The notes below the pieces were generated by a model. That model saw nothing but the letters and a program-made list of their open reading frames with translations. It ran no database searches and had not been told where the DNA came from. Of a stretch of 54,585 bases of DNA, positions 53,366 through 54,585 are shown one piece after another (positions within the stretch are counted from its first letter, which is position 1; every line of letters starts with the position of its first letter). This DNA comes from a virus (lineage: Duplodnaviria; Caudoviricetes): IMG/VR virus record IMGVR_UViG_3300042452_000459, positions 1-54,585 of that record, one strand, 5' to 3'. Position numbers and translations under genes: made by a program.

Positions 53366-54585
53366 TTATTTAGTTCCTTTTTTCTTCTTTTCTTTGTCCA
53401 TCCAACCACCTTGCATCACCCCAGATAATGGAATTTTTACAGTGGGTTTATCATCATGTCCACCACCATAATCTCTTCCTCTATAGTCAGTTCCTTTACG
53501 CATTTTATCTTCTTGCTCACTCATCGCTTTGTTAGCTTTCATTGCAAGATTATCTTTCTTTTGTCCAGACTTTAGTTTTCTATTTGCCTCTGGAGTAGAT
53601 GCTTTTGATGCTGCTTTTGTTTTTGCAGTACCAGTTCCTTTCTTACTGAATCCAGCAAGAATTTTATCTGCTTCTGCTTCTAATTTTGACTTCTTTTCTC
53701 TTTGCTGTTCTTGTTTTTTTCTGTCAGCAGCAGTCTGAGTTCTCTTCATTCTTTCAGAAGCTGGTCTAAGTGCTTCACCGAGATAGTAATCTAGTTCATT
53801 TTCAACTGCTTCATTATGTTTTGGTGATTGTCCAATACGATCAAATCTTTCCTTCTCTTTTTGTCTAGTGATTGCACTTACAATGTTGGAAGACTTCTTT
53901 TGTGCATCTTCTTTCTTCTTACCCTTTGAAGAAAGTGCAGTACGTGCTAGATTTCCTGCACGACGATACATTTTATTTTCCTTTTCTCTATCAATTTCTT
54001 TATATGCTTCTTCAATATCAGGATGTGGTGCATAAAGAGGACCTTCGTAGTTACCAGCAAATTGCTCCATCGCTTGCTTACGAATAGTAGCAAAGTAAAC
54101 TTGCTTTCCTTTCTCAGCACCATACTGCTTCTTCATCGAAGCTTTCATACCAGAATTATCATATTTTTTCTTTAGATTTTTTTCTTTCTTCATCTCACCA
54201 GAAGTCATTTCTCTTTCAGAAATTTCTTCACCTTCTGGTTCATAGTGTGCTTGCTTATTTTCTTTTACAGGTTTTGCTCCAGTTGCTTTTGGTTCTTGAC
54301 CTTTTGGATATACCAACTTTCCACCGCCCAATCCAGAACCAGGTTTCATTACTGGTCCAGTTGTAGCTTGCTCTGTTTTTAGATCTGGATTGATCGTTAC
54401 TTTGTTTTTAATTCCCTTCTTAGGTTTCATTGGACCGCTTCCGCAGTCCTCTTCAGTAAAAAAACCGAGATCAGACCTCCAATTAGAGTGTGCTTGCTTA
54501 TTTTCTTTTACAGGTTTTGCTCCAGTTGCTTTTGGTTCTTGACCTTTTGGATATACCAACTTTCCACCGCCCAATCCAGAACCAG
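53366..54585 (-). CDS. Lys/Glu-rich low-complexity protein (probable internal head protein), 5' end outside window
   Basis: Frame open to window edge; modular K/E-rich segments; HYEPEGEEISE and SNWRSDL motifs. Confidence 0.6.
   Translation of the reverse strand, partial: GSGLGGGKLVYPKGQEPKATGAKPVKENKQAHSNWRSDLGFFTEEDCGSGPMKPKKGIKNKVTINPDLKTEQATTGPVMKPGSGLGGGKLVYPKGQEPKATGAKPVKENKQAHYEPEGEEISEREMTSGEMKKEKNLKKKYDNSGMKASMKKQYGAEKGKQVYFATIRKQAMEQFAGNYEGPLYAPHPDIEEAYKEIDREKENKMYRRAGNLARTALSSKGKKKEDAQKKSSNIVSAITRQKEKERFDRIGQSPKHNEAVENELDYYLGEALRPASERMKRTQTAADRKKQEQQREKKSKLEAEADKILAGFSKKGTGTAKTKAASKASTPEANRKLKSGQKKDNLAMKANKAMSEQEDKMRKGTDYRGRDYGGGHDDKPTVKIPLSGVMQGGWMDKEKKKKGTK
54244..54585. repeat. 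Exact 99-bp direct repeat (54244-54342 and 54487-54585)
   Basis: Base-by-base identity; 243-nt period; second copy ends at the window end. Confidence 0.95.

Noticed and set aside
53217-53471. Plus-strand 84-aa track ORF
   Set aside because: Antisense to a minus-strand 57-aa ORF with a good SD and translational coupling
1-54585. Impression of frequent GATC and scarce GGCC sites; possible stop-codon recoding
   Set aside because: Site frequencies cannot be quantified by eye and no DNA methyltransferase is in the window; core genes are intact under the standard code and there is no suppressor tRNA

Overview
This window is a 54.6 kb fragment of an AT-rich T4-like cyanomyovirus (Kyanoviridae-type) genome. 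The host is probably Synechococcus or Cyanobium, inferred from the psbA type and the tRNA set. Core T4-like genes are present: gp54-like, gp4, gp2, gp48, gp53, gp32, gp59, gp33, exonuclease, phoH, thyX, glutaredoxin, nrdA/nrdB and primase gp61. Accessory content includes an intron-less psbA, a ~17 kb nucleotide-sugar and glycosyltransferase island, five radical SAM genes, two carbamoyltransferases, three 2OG-Fe(II) oxygenases, an adenylate-forming enzyme, nine tRNAs, RlpA and a C39-peptidase lysin. The most unusual signals are in RNA. A tandem glnA-type glutamine riboswitch, downstream of an NtcA-like box and upstream of a DUF4278 gene, carries a complete 49-codon ORF inside the P2 loop of its second aptamer. 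A manA-type RNA is split by a 73-codon membrane-protein ORF. Three ORFs stop at the U8-A9-G10 of a downstream tRNA. Two tRNA triplets share the same spacer layout, and rlpA has an unassigned structured leader. All family assignments come from motifs and synteny recognised by eye; no database searches were run.
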